A stretch of DNA of 63,170 nt, counting the filler, from Myxococcota bacterium (GTDB lineage: Bacteria; Myxococcota; Myxococcia; Myxococcales; Myxococcaceae): assembly GCA_049322255.1 (NCBI GenBank). It is 3 parts of 3 records of this genome, joined end to end, with 100 filler letters (N's around TTAATTAATTAA, not from the genome) between each part and the next. Parts side by side here need not be neighbours in the genome. Positions count along the whole stretch, not along the records: positions 30,351 to 60,544 come from JBMORE010000041.1; 2 more parts are not named here. One strand, 5' to 3'. Position numbers and translations under genes: made by a program. Numbering within the stretch: position 1 is the first letter of the stretch; every line of letters starts with the position of its first letter. Positions 43,723-53,047 of the stretch are shown here, in pieces. The notes below the pieces were generated by a model. It was given only the letters and a program-made list of their open reading frames with translations. It did no database searches and was not told the origin of the DNA.

Positions 43723-46026
43723 TCAATTCACCTGCCCGAAGCGACAAGCGGCACCCGTGCCTCCATCGGTGGGGCCGGCGGGGCACGACGAGCTGCCACC
43801 ATCGACGGTGTAGGCCTGGGGATAGTTGGCGTAGCCCATGCGCACCCGGTACTGAAATGGCTCTGCCCGCTGGCGATCGACCGCGCCCACCTTGAACCAG
43901 AAGCGCCCTCCCTGCACGAAGCGCGGCTCGAAGCAAAAGCACCCCTCGGGGGTAGCGGTGATGGTGGTCACTCCGTTGCCTACCTGGCGGGTGTAGTGAA
44001 CGGTACGGTCGGAAAACGAGCCCGAGTACCAGGGCTGAATGCGGTCTCCCGAGTAGGCGAGCACGATGTTCCGCTGGGTCTGAGCGCAGCCGGCGCCGTC
44101 GCAGAACTCCATTTCCAACGCGAGGTCGGCCGGCTGGCCGGCATCAGGCAGGTGGAGGATGTCCCACGCCAAGGTCCAGGTGCGGTCTTCGGGAGCGGGA
44201 ATGGCGGGGAAGACGTACTCGAAGCGGTCGAAGTCCGTGGGCACCGCGTCATAGTCGTTGGGCCCACGCACCCCTTCACCTTGGTTGACGTCGTTCTCGA
44301 TGACCCGGCCGTAGCCGTGCGAGAGCACTCCGCTGAACTGCCCGCTCACCGGAGGATCGGGAAAGCCGCTGGCGGGCAGCGTCTGACTCTCGGTCTGGTT
44401 GGGCAAGCCCGCGCGCATCGCGTCATCGGGGTCGGCCTGCCACTGCACAGAGAGGGTGTAGTCGAGGTCGTCCGCCCAGTCGGTGCCGTCGTCCTGCACC
44501 GCCAAGAAAAGCCGCAAGGTGCCGGTGTGCGCCGGCACCGGGACGTAGCCGACCATGTTGCGCAGGTTGCCGAAGCGCGGGTGCTCGTTGCGCTCCGAGA
44601 GGAGACACGGCGCCGGGTCGGCCGATGCGCACAAACCTTCCACCAGTCCTTGGAAGAGCGCGCTGCCTTCGTAGCCCTTGGGGCACGCGAGCGAATCGTT
44701 CTTGCAGGCGTTCTGCCGGTCCTGCGCGGTCGCGCCTTGCGTCACCTGCTGCACCAGGCGCACCTGGCGGTCGACCAGGCCGGGCAGGGCGGGGAAACGG
44801 CCTGTCCCAGCGCCTGGCGTCAGCCGGTACATGAGCACCGTGGGCTGCGCGCTCGCCGGCAGGTCGATGGCGTACCAGTCGGGGTCGGGCACATAGGCCA
44901 GGCGGCCGGTGAGGGTCTGCGCGGGACCGCCTGGGGTGCCCATCGACACCACCCGCGCGGTGGCCATCGAGTCGTTGGGCTCGTTGGCGTCCAGGTCGTC
45001 GAGAATTTGGACGTCGACGGTGTACTGCAGGCGCAAGTCTCCGGGGACGAGGTCGGAGGTGTTCTGGCTGCGGAAACCCTGCACCTCGAGGGTGTAGGCG
45101 CCGGCGGTGGAGAGGCGGGCGGTGGCGAGGTCGACGGGGAGGAAGGCGTTGGCCATGTTTCCCTCCGACACCGGGGTGCCGGTGGGGTCGAGCAGCCGGT
45201 AGGAGAGGCGGAACGGCGGAGGCGGCGTCAGCGCGGGGCCGTGAATGTGCAGGTAGATGATTTTCCGGCCTGCGGGGGCGACGAAGCGGAAGAGGTCGAG
45301 GTCGTTGTCGGTGGCGAGGTACCCGGTGCTCTGCCCCTGAAGCACCGCGCCCTGCGGTGACAAGGTGATGTCGGTGGGGGTGGTGTCGTTGGGCTCGTTG
45401 GTGTCGGGGTTGTCCATCACCTCGATTTGCACCGTGTACTGGTTCCGGGCGTCGAAGTTGGGCTGCAAGCTGGCACCCTCGTCGGCCACCAGCACCAGAA
45501 GCTTGGCGTTCGACTCGGTGAAGGGAAGGATGATGTCCACCGGCTTGGGCGCCCCGGTGCTGTCGTCCACCTCGCGGGCGAGGCTGGTTTGTCCGTCTTC
45601 GCGCAAGAGGTTCAAGGCCAGGTTCACCGCGGTGGAGGAAGCGCCGTAGGCCCCGGTGAGGTGCACCAGGCTTCGCGCGTCGAGCGCCGGCATTTGGGCC
45701 AGGTACCAGTCCTGGTCACCGGAGAAGCTGATGTAGGCCGAGCGCGCCTCGCCCAAGTTGAGCCGGCACTGCGAAAGGGAGAGCGCCTCATCGCGGCTGT
45801 TGCACTCGTCGGGGGGCGGGGCGCCGGCGTCCTCGCAACCCTCGTCGGTCTCCTCGCAGGGCATCGGAGGTGGACAGCCTGTCAGGAGAAGCAGCGCTGC
45901 CAGCGCAAAACCCCTCTCCCTCTGGGAGAGGGTGAGGGTGAGGGGCGAGAGCTTGCACCCCTCACCCCGACCCTCTCCCAGGGGGAGAGGGAGTACGCGG
46001 TTCGTCATCATCGATGATGCCCTCAT
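43723..46026 (-). CDS. mtsF: Cell-cohesion lipoprotein, MtsF-like
   Basis: Lipobox LTG-C, repeated NEPND / D.DW.Y (PPC-like) modules; last gene of the VWA/TSP3 cluster. Confidence 0.6.
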   Translation of the reverse strand: MRASSMMTNRVLPLPLGEGRGEGCKLSPLTLTLSQRERGFALAALLLLTGCPPPMPCEETDEGCEDAGAPPPDECNSRDEALSLSQCRLNLGEARSAYISFSGDQDWYLAQMPALDARSLVHLTGAYGASSTAVNLALNLLREDGQTSLAREVDDSTGAPKPVDIILPFTESNAKLLVLVADEGASLQPNFDARNQYTVQIEVMDNPDTNEPNDTTPTDITLSPQGAVLQGQSTGYLATDNDLDLFRFVAPAGRKIIYLHIHGPALTPPPPFRLSYRLLDPTGTPVSEGNMANAFLPVDLATARLSTAGAYTLEVQGFRSQNTSDLVPGDLRLQYTVDVQILDDLDANEPNDSMATARVVSMGTPGGPAQTLTGRLAYVPDPDWYAIDLPASAQPTVLMYRLTPGAGTGRFPALPGLVDRQVRLVQQVTQGATAQDRQNACKNDSLACPKGYEGSALFQGLVEGLCASADPAPCLLSERNEHPRFGNLRNMVGYVPVPAHTGTLRLFLAVQDDGTDWADDLDYTLSVQWQADPDDAMRAGLPNQTESQTLPASGFPDPPVSGQFSGVLSHGYGRVIENDVNQGEGVRGPNDYDAVPTDFDRFEYVFPAIPAPEDRTWTLAWDILHLPDAGQPADLALEMEFCDGAGCAQTQRNIVLAYSGDRIQPWYSGSFSDRTVHYTRQVGNGVTTITATPEGCFCFEPRFVQGGRFWFKVGAVDRQRAEPFQYRVRMGYANYPQAYTVDGGSSSCPAGPTDGGTGAACRFGQVN
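45911..45992. repeat. Inverted doublet of the BoxC/REP-like element (copies 4 and 5)
   Basis: 45911-45945 (minus orientation) and 45958-45992 (plus orientation). Confidence 0.85.
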
Positions 46027-46029
46027 TCC

Positions 46030-47838
46030 CTACGGCCTCGGCTCGCAGCGGTCGACAAGGTCTTCTGGCTCGATGCGCACCACTCCGTCGACAGGGGACT
46101 TTATCCCCCCCACGGGAAAGCGGGCCTGCTGATAGCGGAAGCCACGCACCAAAGTGCGCCCGGTGGGGTCGTCGCCGGGAATCATCGAAACCGCGAGGTA
46201 AATGTCGTTGTAGCCGGCGCCTCTCCCGGTGCCGCCGTCGCGGGTATCGGGGAGGGTGTTGGCCAGCAAGATGTTGTCCACCCGGAAGGTGAAGCACTGG
46301 CGGCCGTTCTCGTCCACGTGGCCGTCGGCGCGCATCTGGTAGCGGTAGCCGGTGAGGGAGAGCTTGTCCGAGTCGACCACCAGCGGGTCTTGGTGCATGC
46401 GTACCTCGGAGCGGGTCACCACGCCGTCGTTGTCGGGGTCTTGGTCGAGGTCGTTGCTCGAGGGCTGGGCGCGCATCTGCCATTCGATGGAGTCGGGCAG
46501 GCCGTCGAAGTCGCTGTCGGTCAGGTTGGCGTTGGTGCCGATGATTTGCTCGTCGCAGTCGTTCAAGCTGTCGCAGTCGCTGTCCACCCCGCGTAAGGCC
46601 AACGGACAGCCGGGGTCGAGCCCGCCCCCGTCGGCGGTGGCGATTTGGCGGGGGTTGAAGGTGGCGCCCAAGGCGGAGAAGTGCACCTCCACCCCGTCGG
46701 AGAAGCCGTCGGTGTCGGTGTCTTTCTCGAAGGGGTCGGTGCCCAGCGAGAGCTCATCGGCATCCATTAGCCCGTCGCCGTCGGTGTCGGCCTGATCGAT
46801 GGGGGAGCCGGGGAGAGCGGAGAAGTTGGTGGCCACCACGTCCTTCACCTGGAAAGTGCGGCGCACTTGCCCGAAGGAGAAGTCGAGGAAGTTGATCGGC
46901 TCGTTGTTGCGAAAGTCACGGAAGTCGCCGCCGCCCAGCTCGGCCATCTTCTCCAGCCGCTCCGTGTCCTGGTTGATGAGGAGCATCGGGCAGGAACCGG
47001 GAGGGAGCACCGGAATGCGGCAGCTGGTGCCGCCCACCGGTGGGTTGAAGTTGGTCAAGTCGCAGAAGGAGGTGACAGGCTGCAAGGGTTTGAAGACATG
47101 CACGGTGTTGAAGCGCACGTCGTCCACCAAGTCTTTGAGCTGGCGAATGCGGCGCACCGCGTCTCCGCACAGAAGGTCGTCGTCCTGGTTGTTGGTGGGG
47201 TGGCCGTCGGAGAGGAAGATGATGCTGTAGCGCGCCCGCGCCTCGGCCTGTGCCCCGGTGGCGTTGAGGCGCGAGTTGGCGATGTCCCGGGTGAGCATGG
47301 CGTACATGTCGGAGAGCGGCTTGACGAAGTCGGTCGAGTCGCGGTTGGGCGCCTGGCTGGGGTCGGTGAAGTTGAGCAGCCGCTGAATGAGCTGGAGGCG
47401 GTCGGCAGGGGTGTAAGAGTCGAGACGCTCGAACTCCGCCAGCCCGCTCTTGGTGAGGAAGGCGGTGGTGCTGCCGGCGAAGAGCATCACCGAGATGTAA
47501 ATCTCCGGGTCGTTGGGCAGCGTCGCCATCAATTCAATGAGCGCGGTGGCGCGGGTACCGTCGGGGTCAAACTCCCGCATCGACTGCGAGGCGTCCATCG
47601 CCAGGAGGATTTTGATCGGCCGCACCACCTCGTTGGTGCCGAGGGTGCAGAAGCGGCCCTCCAGGGCGAAGGTGCGGTCGGCGGGGAGCTGGTCGACCCG
47701 TCGCTCATCGTAGAGATAGGTGTCGGTGCAGGCGGCGACCACCACCGCGGCGGCCAACAATGCCGCAATCAACGGGCGGATCCCCTCTCCCCCTGGGAGA
47801 GGGTGAGGGTGAGGGGTCGGCCGATGAGAGGCTCTCAC
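46030..47838 (-). CDS. mtsE: VWA plus thrombospondin-type-3 lipoprotein, MtsE-like
   Basis: Lipobox VAA-C, MIDAS DASQS, FLSDG, DTDGDG repeats; GTG overlaps the upstream stop. Confidence 0.55.
   Translation of the reverse strand: MRASHRPTPHPHPLPGGEGIRPLIAALLAAAVVVAACTDTYLYDERRVDQLPADRTFALEGRFCTLGTNEVVRPIKILLAMDASQSMREFDPDGTRATALIELMATLPNDPEIYISVMLFAGSTTAFLTKSGLAEFERLDSYTPADRLQLIQRLLNFTDPSQAPNRDSTDFVKPLSDMYAMLTRDIANSRLNATGAQAEARARYSIIFLSDGHPTNNQDDDLLCGDAVRRIRQLKDLVDDVRFNTVHVFKPLQPVTSFCDLTNFNPPVGGTSCRIPVLPPGSCPMLLINQDTERLEKMAELGGGDFRDFRNNEPINFLDFSFGQVRRTFQVKDVVATNFSALPGSPIDQADTDGDGLMDADELSLGTDPFEKDTDTDGFSDGVEVHFSALGATFNPRQIATADGGGLDPGCPLALRGVDSDCDSLNDCDEQIIGTNANLTDSDFDGLPDSIEWQMRAQPSSNDLDQDPDNDGVVTRSEVRMHQDPLVVDSDKLSLTGYRYQMRADGHVDENGRQCFTFRVDNILLANTLPDTRDGGTGRGAGYNDIYLAVSMIPGDDPTGRTLVRGFRYQQARFPVGGIKSPVDGVVRIEPEDLVDRCEPRP
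47782..47816 (-). repeat. BoxC/REP-like element, copy 6
   Basis: CCCCTCTCCCCCTGGGAGAGGGTGAGGGTGAGGGG. Confidence 0.85.
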
Positions 47839-49769
47839 GGTGCCACCCCAATGCAGCGGTTGTTGTAGGCGGAAGAACTGTTCAGCTGGTCGGGCGCCAA
47901 AAAGTCGCTGTCGGCAAAGGTGAGGTTGGGCCCCAAGGGCACGCGGATGGAGGGCGGGTCGTACTGTGCCCAGGCGCAGGCGGTGCGCCACACCCCGTAG
48001 TCGGTGGCCACGCCGCTCTCCGGCGCTTCGGCGAAGTAGACCTTGAAGAGGTTGTACCCCTGTTGGGTGCCGGCGCTGTTGGGAGGTGTCACCAGGGGTA
48101 GGTTGGCCACGGTGAAGTCGTAACACACGGTGTCGTCGGCTTGGTCCTCGGAGCGCACCTCGTAGACGTAGCCGTTCCTCTCGAAGTAAGCCCGGTCGCG
48201 CTGGGTGGGGTCGGAGTTGGCGCGGAATTCCTCCAAGTCGGGCAGCCCATCGCCGTCGGTGTCTATTCCCGCGGCCGAGGGCGAGAGCGAGTCGAGCCCG
48301 TAGCGCGCTTCCAGCCCGTCGGGCACTCCGTCGCCGTCGGAGTCGACCAGCCCGGAGTGGGTCTTCAAATACTCTTCGGCGAACTGCGACAGGCCATCGC
48401 CGTCGGTGTCGCGGCAGCGGCAGCCCAACGTCAGCGGCGAGGCAGGGTTGCACCCGCGCCCGTCCTTCACCGCGGGGTCGAAGCCGCGGTCGGCGCGCAA
48501 GACCTCGAAGCGGTCGTCGAAGCAGTCGTCGCCGTCGGAGTCGGGGAAGAAGTTGTTGGTCTTGTAGGTGAAGTTGTTGTCCAGGGTGTCGGGCAACCCG
48601 TCGCCGTCGGAGTCGACCAAAGGCCCCTCGGGCGCGGGCATTGACCGAAGGGAGTGCACCAGCAAGGTCTTCATCACGTTGCGCGAGGCGAGCGAGGAGT
48701 AGTCGAGCGCGCCCAGCCCCAGGTTTTGAATCTCGCCGTCGTTGAACTCCTGGAAGACGCCGTTGCCCCGCTGGGCGAACTGGCTCAAGAGCCAGCGGGC
48801 GATGGCCTTGGCGGCTTGCGGGTACTGCGCGGGCTGCACGTTGGGGTACTGCCCATAGAGGTCCTGGCAGATGAGGCCGCAGGAGCGCACCGCCGCTTCG
48901 TTGAACAAGAGCACCGTGTGCAGGCGAATGTCGCCCACGTTGAACTGGCTCTTGAGCTCCATCAGCTGATCCACGTAGCTGAACAGCTGGTAGTTCTGGT
49001 TGCGGTCGGTGCCGGCGATGAACCCGGTGATGGCGTCGGGGTCTTGAGGGTCGATTTGGTTGCAAAAGTCGCCCGCGCCGAAGGAGTCGGCCCAGGTGAG
49101 CTCGGGGTTCAAGTGGTCGGCGTAGACGGAGAGGTTGTCGTTGGCCGAGCAGCGGGGAAAGGGCGTGCCGTCGGTGAGGAACACCACCACGTAGCGCGTG
49201 CGCGGCAACAGCTGCGGGTTCTGGGTCGAGGTGGCATTGATGTCGGAGGCGATGAGCCCGTAGGCGTAGGCGAGGGCTCCTTGGTAGTCGGTGCCCTTGC
49301 CCAGCTGCGCCTGCAGCCCGTTGACGTAGTTGGTGAGGGTGCTGTCGGGTCGGGCGAAGCGCTGCCCGCTGAAGGTGCCCGGCCAAGGGTTCTTCACGTT
49401 GGTCTCGAAGGGCACCACCGCCATCTCCACGTTCGGCTGCCCTTGGAACTGCTGGATGAGGCGGTTGAGCGCGCGTACCCGGGCCGGCTGGTTGAAGGGC
49501 GTCACCGAGCCGAACTGCTGGCAAAAGCCATTGTTGAGCTGTGCGCCTGGCGGGTCGGACACGCACATCGAGCCCGACTGGTCGATGACCACCACCACCT
49601 TCACCGGAAAGCCGTTGCGGTCGGGCGGGGAGGTGCACACCCGGCCGTCGAGGGTGAGGCGGTCGTCCAGGTTGGTCGGTTCCGAGGACACCGGCTCGAT
49701 GAAGGCGTCGGTGCACCCGACTGCCGCCGTCACCGCTGCCAGTGCTGCCACTTTCCGAAGAGGGTTCAC
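47835..49769 (-). CDS. mtsD: VWA plus thrombospondin-type-3 lipoprotein, MtsD-like
   Basis: Lipobox AVG-C, MIDAS DQSGS, FLTDG, DSDGDG repeats. Confidence 0.65.
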   Translation of the reverse strand: MNPLRKVAALAAVTAAVGCTDAFIEPVSSEPTNLDDRLTLDGRVCTSPPDRNGFPVKVVVVIDQSGSMCVSDPPGAQLNNGFCQQFGSVTPFNQPARVRALNRLIQQFQGQPNVEMAVVPFETNVKNPWPGTFSGQRFARPDSTLTNYVNGLQAQLGKGTDYQGALAYAYGLIASDINATSTQNPQLLPRTRYVVVFLTDGTPFPRCSANDNLSVYADHLNPELTWADSFGAGDFCNQIDPQDPDAITGFIAGTDRNQNYQLFSYVDQLMELKSQFNVGDIRLHTVLLFNEAAVRSCGLICQDLYGQYPNVQPAQYPQAAKAIARWLLSQFAQRGNGVFQEFNDGEIQNLGLGALDYSSLASRNVMKTLLVHSLRSMPAPEGPLVDSDGDGLPDTLDNNFTYKTNNFFPDSDGDDCFDDRFEVLRADRGFDPAVKDGRGCNPASPLTLGCRCRDTDGDGLSQFAEEYLKTHSGLVDSDGDGVPDGLEARYGLDSLSPSAAGIDTDGDGLPDLEEFRANSDPTQRDRAYFERNGYVYEVRSEDQADDTVCYDFTVANLPLVTPPNSAGTQQGYNLFKVYFAEAPESGVATDYGVWRTACAWAQYDPPSIRVPLGPNLTFADSDFLAPDQLNSSSAYNNRCIGVAP

Positions 49770-49815
49770 AGGTTCGTCCTCCAGCAGTCGGCCGCCACGA
49801 GAGCCTACAACGACC

Positions 49816-49848
49816 GAGCCCCCGCGCCTTCATGAGGAGCGGGGGCTC
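49816..49848 (-). terminator. Intergenic stem-loop between mtsC and mtsD
   Basis: GAGCCCCCGC...GCGGGGGCTC, no U-tract. Confidence 0.45.
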
Positions 49849-49887
49849 TTGGGCCCCTCCGGTTAGAGGGGACAGCCTGCGTTCACC

Positions 49888-51198
49888 TTACGGCCGACGG
49901 CGGCGAAGCAGGCCCAGGAGCACCAAGCCGAGGCCGGCGATCGGCGCGCCCATCGGCAGGGCGGTGCAGGCGAAGGGCTGCTTGGTGCCGTCACCCGCCT
50001 GCAGGCGCAGCTCGGAGGTGGCCGACTTCGCTTCGGGGTACGCCCGGTCGGGGAAGGCCAGGGTGCCCTTGACTTGGAGCACGTACTCGCCGTCGACGTC
50101 CGCGGTGAAGCTGGGCACCTGGCCGTCGGGGTAGGCGTACTCCCAGTGGCGGCTCAAGGTCACCGCGCCGGTGGGGTTGACGATGGCCGCCTTGGATCCG
50201 GAAGGCCGCTGGGTCACCGTCCACACGTACTCGATGGCGGCGCCGTTGCGGTTGGCGAACAGCGGCAGGCGCACCTTCTCGCCAATCTTCAGATTGAGGC
50301 GGCCACCCCCGTGCACCTTGAACGGACCCTTGGGATCGAGGCAGTCGCTGGGGTTGTTGGGGTCGACCACCACGCAGTAGTGGCTGTCGCAAGCGTCGCC
50401 CATGAGGTCGCCGTCGTCGTCGAGCTGCAGGCGGTTGGCCACCCCGGCGCAGTTGTCGGAGAGGTTCAAGAGGCCGTCGTTGTCGACGTCGATGTCGCAG
50501 ACGTCGCCCATCAGGTCGCTGTCGGTGTCCTTCTGGTCGGAGTTGGGCGCACCCGGGCAGTTGTCGAAGCCGTCACCCACCGAGTCGCCGTCGAGGTCGA
50601 CGTTGCACTGGGTGATGTCGGCGGGCATCACCTGGTTGGCGTTGGCCACGCGGGGGCAGTTGTCATCGCCGTCGAGCACGCCGTCGGCGTCGTCATCGGT
50701 GTCGCACGAGTCGCCCAGGAGGTCACCGTCGAGGTCGGCCTGCTGCGGGTTGGGAATGCTGGGGCAGTTGTCCGTCCCGTTGGGGAGGTTGTCGCCGTCG
50801 CCGTCGCCGTCGCAAATGTCGCCCATGCCGTCACCGTCGGTGTCGAGCTGGGCGAAGTTGGCGGCGCCGGAGCAGTTGTCGCAGGTGTCACCCACTCCAT
50901 CGCCGTCCGCGTCGAGCTGATCGCGGTTGGAGGCGAAGGGGCAGTTGTCGCGGTCGTCGGCCTTGCCGTCGCCATCGGCGTCGTCGGTGTACGACAGCGT
51001 CACGCCGTCATCGGTGTAGGCCACCCACACCGAACAACCACAGCCACAGCCGCAGCCGCCGCCTTCCTCGCGGGGCGCGCCACAGGCGCTTCCCAGACAC
51101 TCGGGGTTGTCGACGTTCTGCGCCAAGACAGGTACAGCAAAGACGAAGGCCGCCACCATCAGTACCGGGGAGGCGACTTTGAGCAGGTTCTTCAACAT
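49888..51198 (-). CDS. mtsC: Thrombospondin type-3 repeat MYXO-CTERM protein, MtsC-like
   Basis: Signal peptide, GCGCGCGC, many DNCP..N..Q.D.DGD..GD.CD repeats, C-terminal Cys-TM-RRRR. Confidence 0.7.
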   Translation of the reverse strand: MLKNLLKVASPVLMVAAFVFAVPVLAQNVDNPECLGSACGAPREEGGGCGCGCGCSVWVAYTDDGVTLSYTDDADGDGKADDRDNCPFASNRDQLDADGDGVGDTCDNCSGAANFAQLDTDGDGMGDICDGDGDGDNLPNGTDNCPSIPNPQQADLDGDLLGDSCDTDDDADGVLDGDDNCPRVANANQVMPADITQCNVDLDGDSVGDGFDNCPGAPNSDQKDTDSDLMGDVCDIDVDNDGLLNLSDNCAGVANRLQLDDDGDLMGDACDSHYCVVVDPNNPSDCLDPKGPFKVHGGGRLNLKIGEKVRLPLFANRNGAAIEYVWTVTQRPSGSKAAIVNPTGAVTLSRHWEYAYPDGQVPSFTADVDGEYVLQVKGTLAFPDRAYPEAKSATSELRLQAGDGTKQPFACTALPMGAPIAGLGLVLLGLLRRRRP

Positions 51199-51233
51199 GG
51201 GGCAGCTCCTTTCAACCTTTCGCGATGTCCCTC

Positions 51234-51250
51234 AAGCAATTCCTGATCCT
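51234..51250 (-). promoter_or_regulatory. Possible sigma-54 promoter for mtsC
   Basis: AGG-ATCAGGAA-TTGCT gives GG-N10-GC spacing; the -24 element is non-consensus. Confidence 0.3.
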
Positions 51251-51362
51251 GGCGGTCGGGCTCAACTATTCAGAATGAATTCGGTGTGTTGTCAGCCGCC
51301 GCGGGCCTTCCCAGGTGTGGGGTGTGGGGGCGAGTCCCCAGCCGGATTGTGGGGTTCCCCCC

Positions 51363-52970
51363 TCAATTTCCCAGTACGAATTCTTCGGGGGCGATGCGAA
51401 TCAGGCCGCGCGGGTCACGCGTCGCCGGAGGGATGAATTTCACCGGCACCACGGTGAGCGAGCCGATGCCGGTGCCGCGCGGGTCGTTCTCCCGGCCGAC
51501 CTGGAAGTAAATGTAGATGTCGTTGTTGCCCTCGCGCACGTTGAGCCCCGGAATGCGTGGGTTGGGAACCCGCATCGTGTGCACCAAGCCGATGTTGTAG
51601 ATGCGCAGGTCGTAGCAAGCGCGGCCGTCGTCGGTGGGGGGCGCGTCGTCGATGAAGTAGCCATAGGCGCGCTCGTTGCCGTAAGCGATGTCCGCCGAGT
51701 TGGGGTCGGTGTGGCGCTCGATTTCGGCGATGTTGGTGAAGCCGTCGCGGTCGGCGTCGGCGAGGTCCTCGGGGATGAGGGGGTTGGTCCCGCCGAGAAG
51801 CTCCACCAAGTCGGGGAGCGCATCGCCGTCGGAGTCGGTCACGCACGCGTCGGTGCCCAACACCCGTTCCTCGCAGTCGTTGAGCCGGTCGCCGTCGGTG
51901 TCGTCGGCGACGTTACAGCCGTTGATGAGGTCCACGTTCCCCGGCTGCGGGCGAAGACCCATGCGCAGCTCAACCCCGTCCATCAGGCCGTCGGTGTCCG
52001 AATCAGGCAGGGTGGGGTCGAGGCCCAGGGCCACCTCTTCCTCGTCCGCTACCCCGTCGCCATCGCTGTCGACGAGCAGCTGTCCGGTGCGGGAGATGGA
52101 GTTGCGGTTGAAAGCCACCAGGCGCTTGAGCCGTAAGGCGCGCTGCAGCGACGCATAGCTGATTTGCTGGTTGACCGTGTTGGCGAGGTTGAGCGGGTCG
52201 GTCTCGATGAGGGAGGTGCCGCCGGAGCGAGCGATCGCCGCTCCCATCGCGCTCACGGTCTGGTCCGGCGTGGTGCGCACGTACACCGGGTAAACCACCA
52301 CCTCGCCGGCACCGTGCTCCTCGGCGAGGTTCTTGAGCTGGTCGGTCACCTGGGTGAGCTCGCAGGCGCTGCACGCCGCCTCGTCGGGGAGGAGGGCGTT
52401 GCACCGGGGGTCGATGCCGGCGTTGAACACCGGGTTGGCGCAGGAGGTGTCGGCCGAGCCGAACACCAGCACCACCACGTAGCGGGTGCGGGCCACCGTT
52501 CCCTTGCAGCCGGTCTGCATGTCTCCGGAGAGAATGCTCCTGGCCAGCTTGAGCGGCGCGCGCAAGGACACCGGGCCTGCCTCCTGGTAGGCGGCGTACT
52601 GGGTGACCGCCTGCTGAATCTGGGCGGCGTCGACGAACTGGCCCTGCAGGCCAGTGGCCACGGTGTGGAAGGCGACGAGCCCGAAGGTCACTCCGGGCGT
52701 GGAGAAGCGCGCGCCCAGCGACTGGAGCGCCTCGGTCATCTTCCCGGTGAGCACCCGGTCGACGTTGGCGCCGCCCTCGACCGCGTAGAGCACTTTCACC
52801 GGAAAGGCCTCGCCGCTGGCCAGCGGGACGCAGGCGCGCGCCTCGATTTCGGCCCGGTCAGGCCCGCCGATGCCTCCTTGGCCCGCGGCATAAAGACCGG
52901 CGTCGGTGCACGCGAGGGACAACGCCCCCAGCGCCATGGCCCTCCACCGCGATGCCCCAGACCGATGCAT
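51363..52970 (-). CDS. mtsB: VWA plus thrombospondin-type-3 lipoprotein, MtsB-like
   Basis: Lipobox SLA-C, FPVKV/RTRYVVV as in the mtsD-like gene, degenerate MIDAS, DSDGDG repeats. Confidence 0.55.
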   Translation of the reverse strand: MHRSGASRWRAMALGALSLACTDAGLYAAGQGGIGGPDRAEIEARACVPLASGEAFPVKVLYAVEGGANVDRVLTGKMTEALQSLGARFSTPGVTFGLVAFHTVATGLQGQFVDAAQIQQAVTQYAAYQEAGPVSLRAPLKLARSILSGDMQTGCKGTVARTRYVVVLVFGSADTSCANPVFNAGIDPRCNALLPDEAACSACELTQVTDQLKNLAEEHGAGEVVVYPVYVRTTPDQTVSAMGAAIARSGGTSLIETDPLNLANTVNQQISYASLQRALRLKRLVAFNRNSISRTGQLLVDSDGDGVADEEEVALGLDPTLPDSDTDGLMDGVELRMGLRPQPGNVDLINGCNVADDTDGDRLNDCEERVLGTDACVTDSDGDALPDLVELLGGTNPLIPEDLADADRDGFTNIAEIERHTDPNSADIAYGNERAYGYFIDDAPPTDDGRACYDLRIYNIGLVHTMRVPNPRIPGLNVREGNNDIYIYFQVGRENDPRGTGIGSLTVVPVKFIPPATRDPRGLIRIAPEEFVLGN

Positions 52971-53047
52971 GGTTTCCTTGTCCGCTCGTGATCGGTGACA
53001 GCGGTGCCTTACAGCGAAGGCGATCAGATGGTGACGCTTCGCCCAGG

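Noticed and set aside
46030..49833. Single 1267-aa ORF
   Set aside because: The N-terminal half is an off-frame shadow of the mtsD-like gene; the real gene starts near 47838
49888..51198. TraA/TraB kin-recognition genes
   Set aside because: No OmpA domain or beta-barrel with the TSP3 repeats; the neighbourhood fits the mts locus
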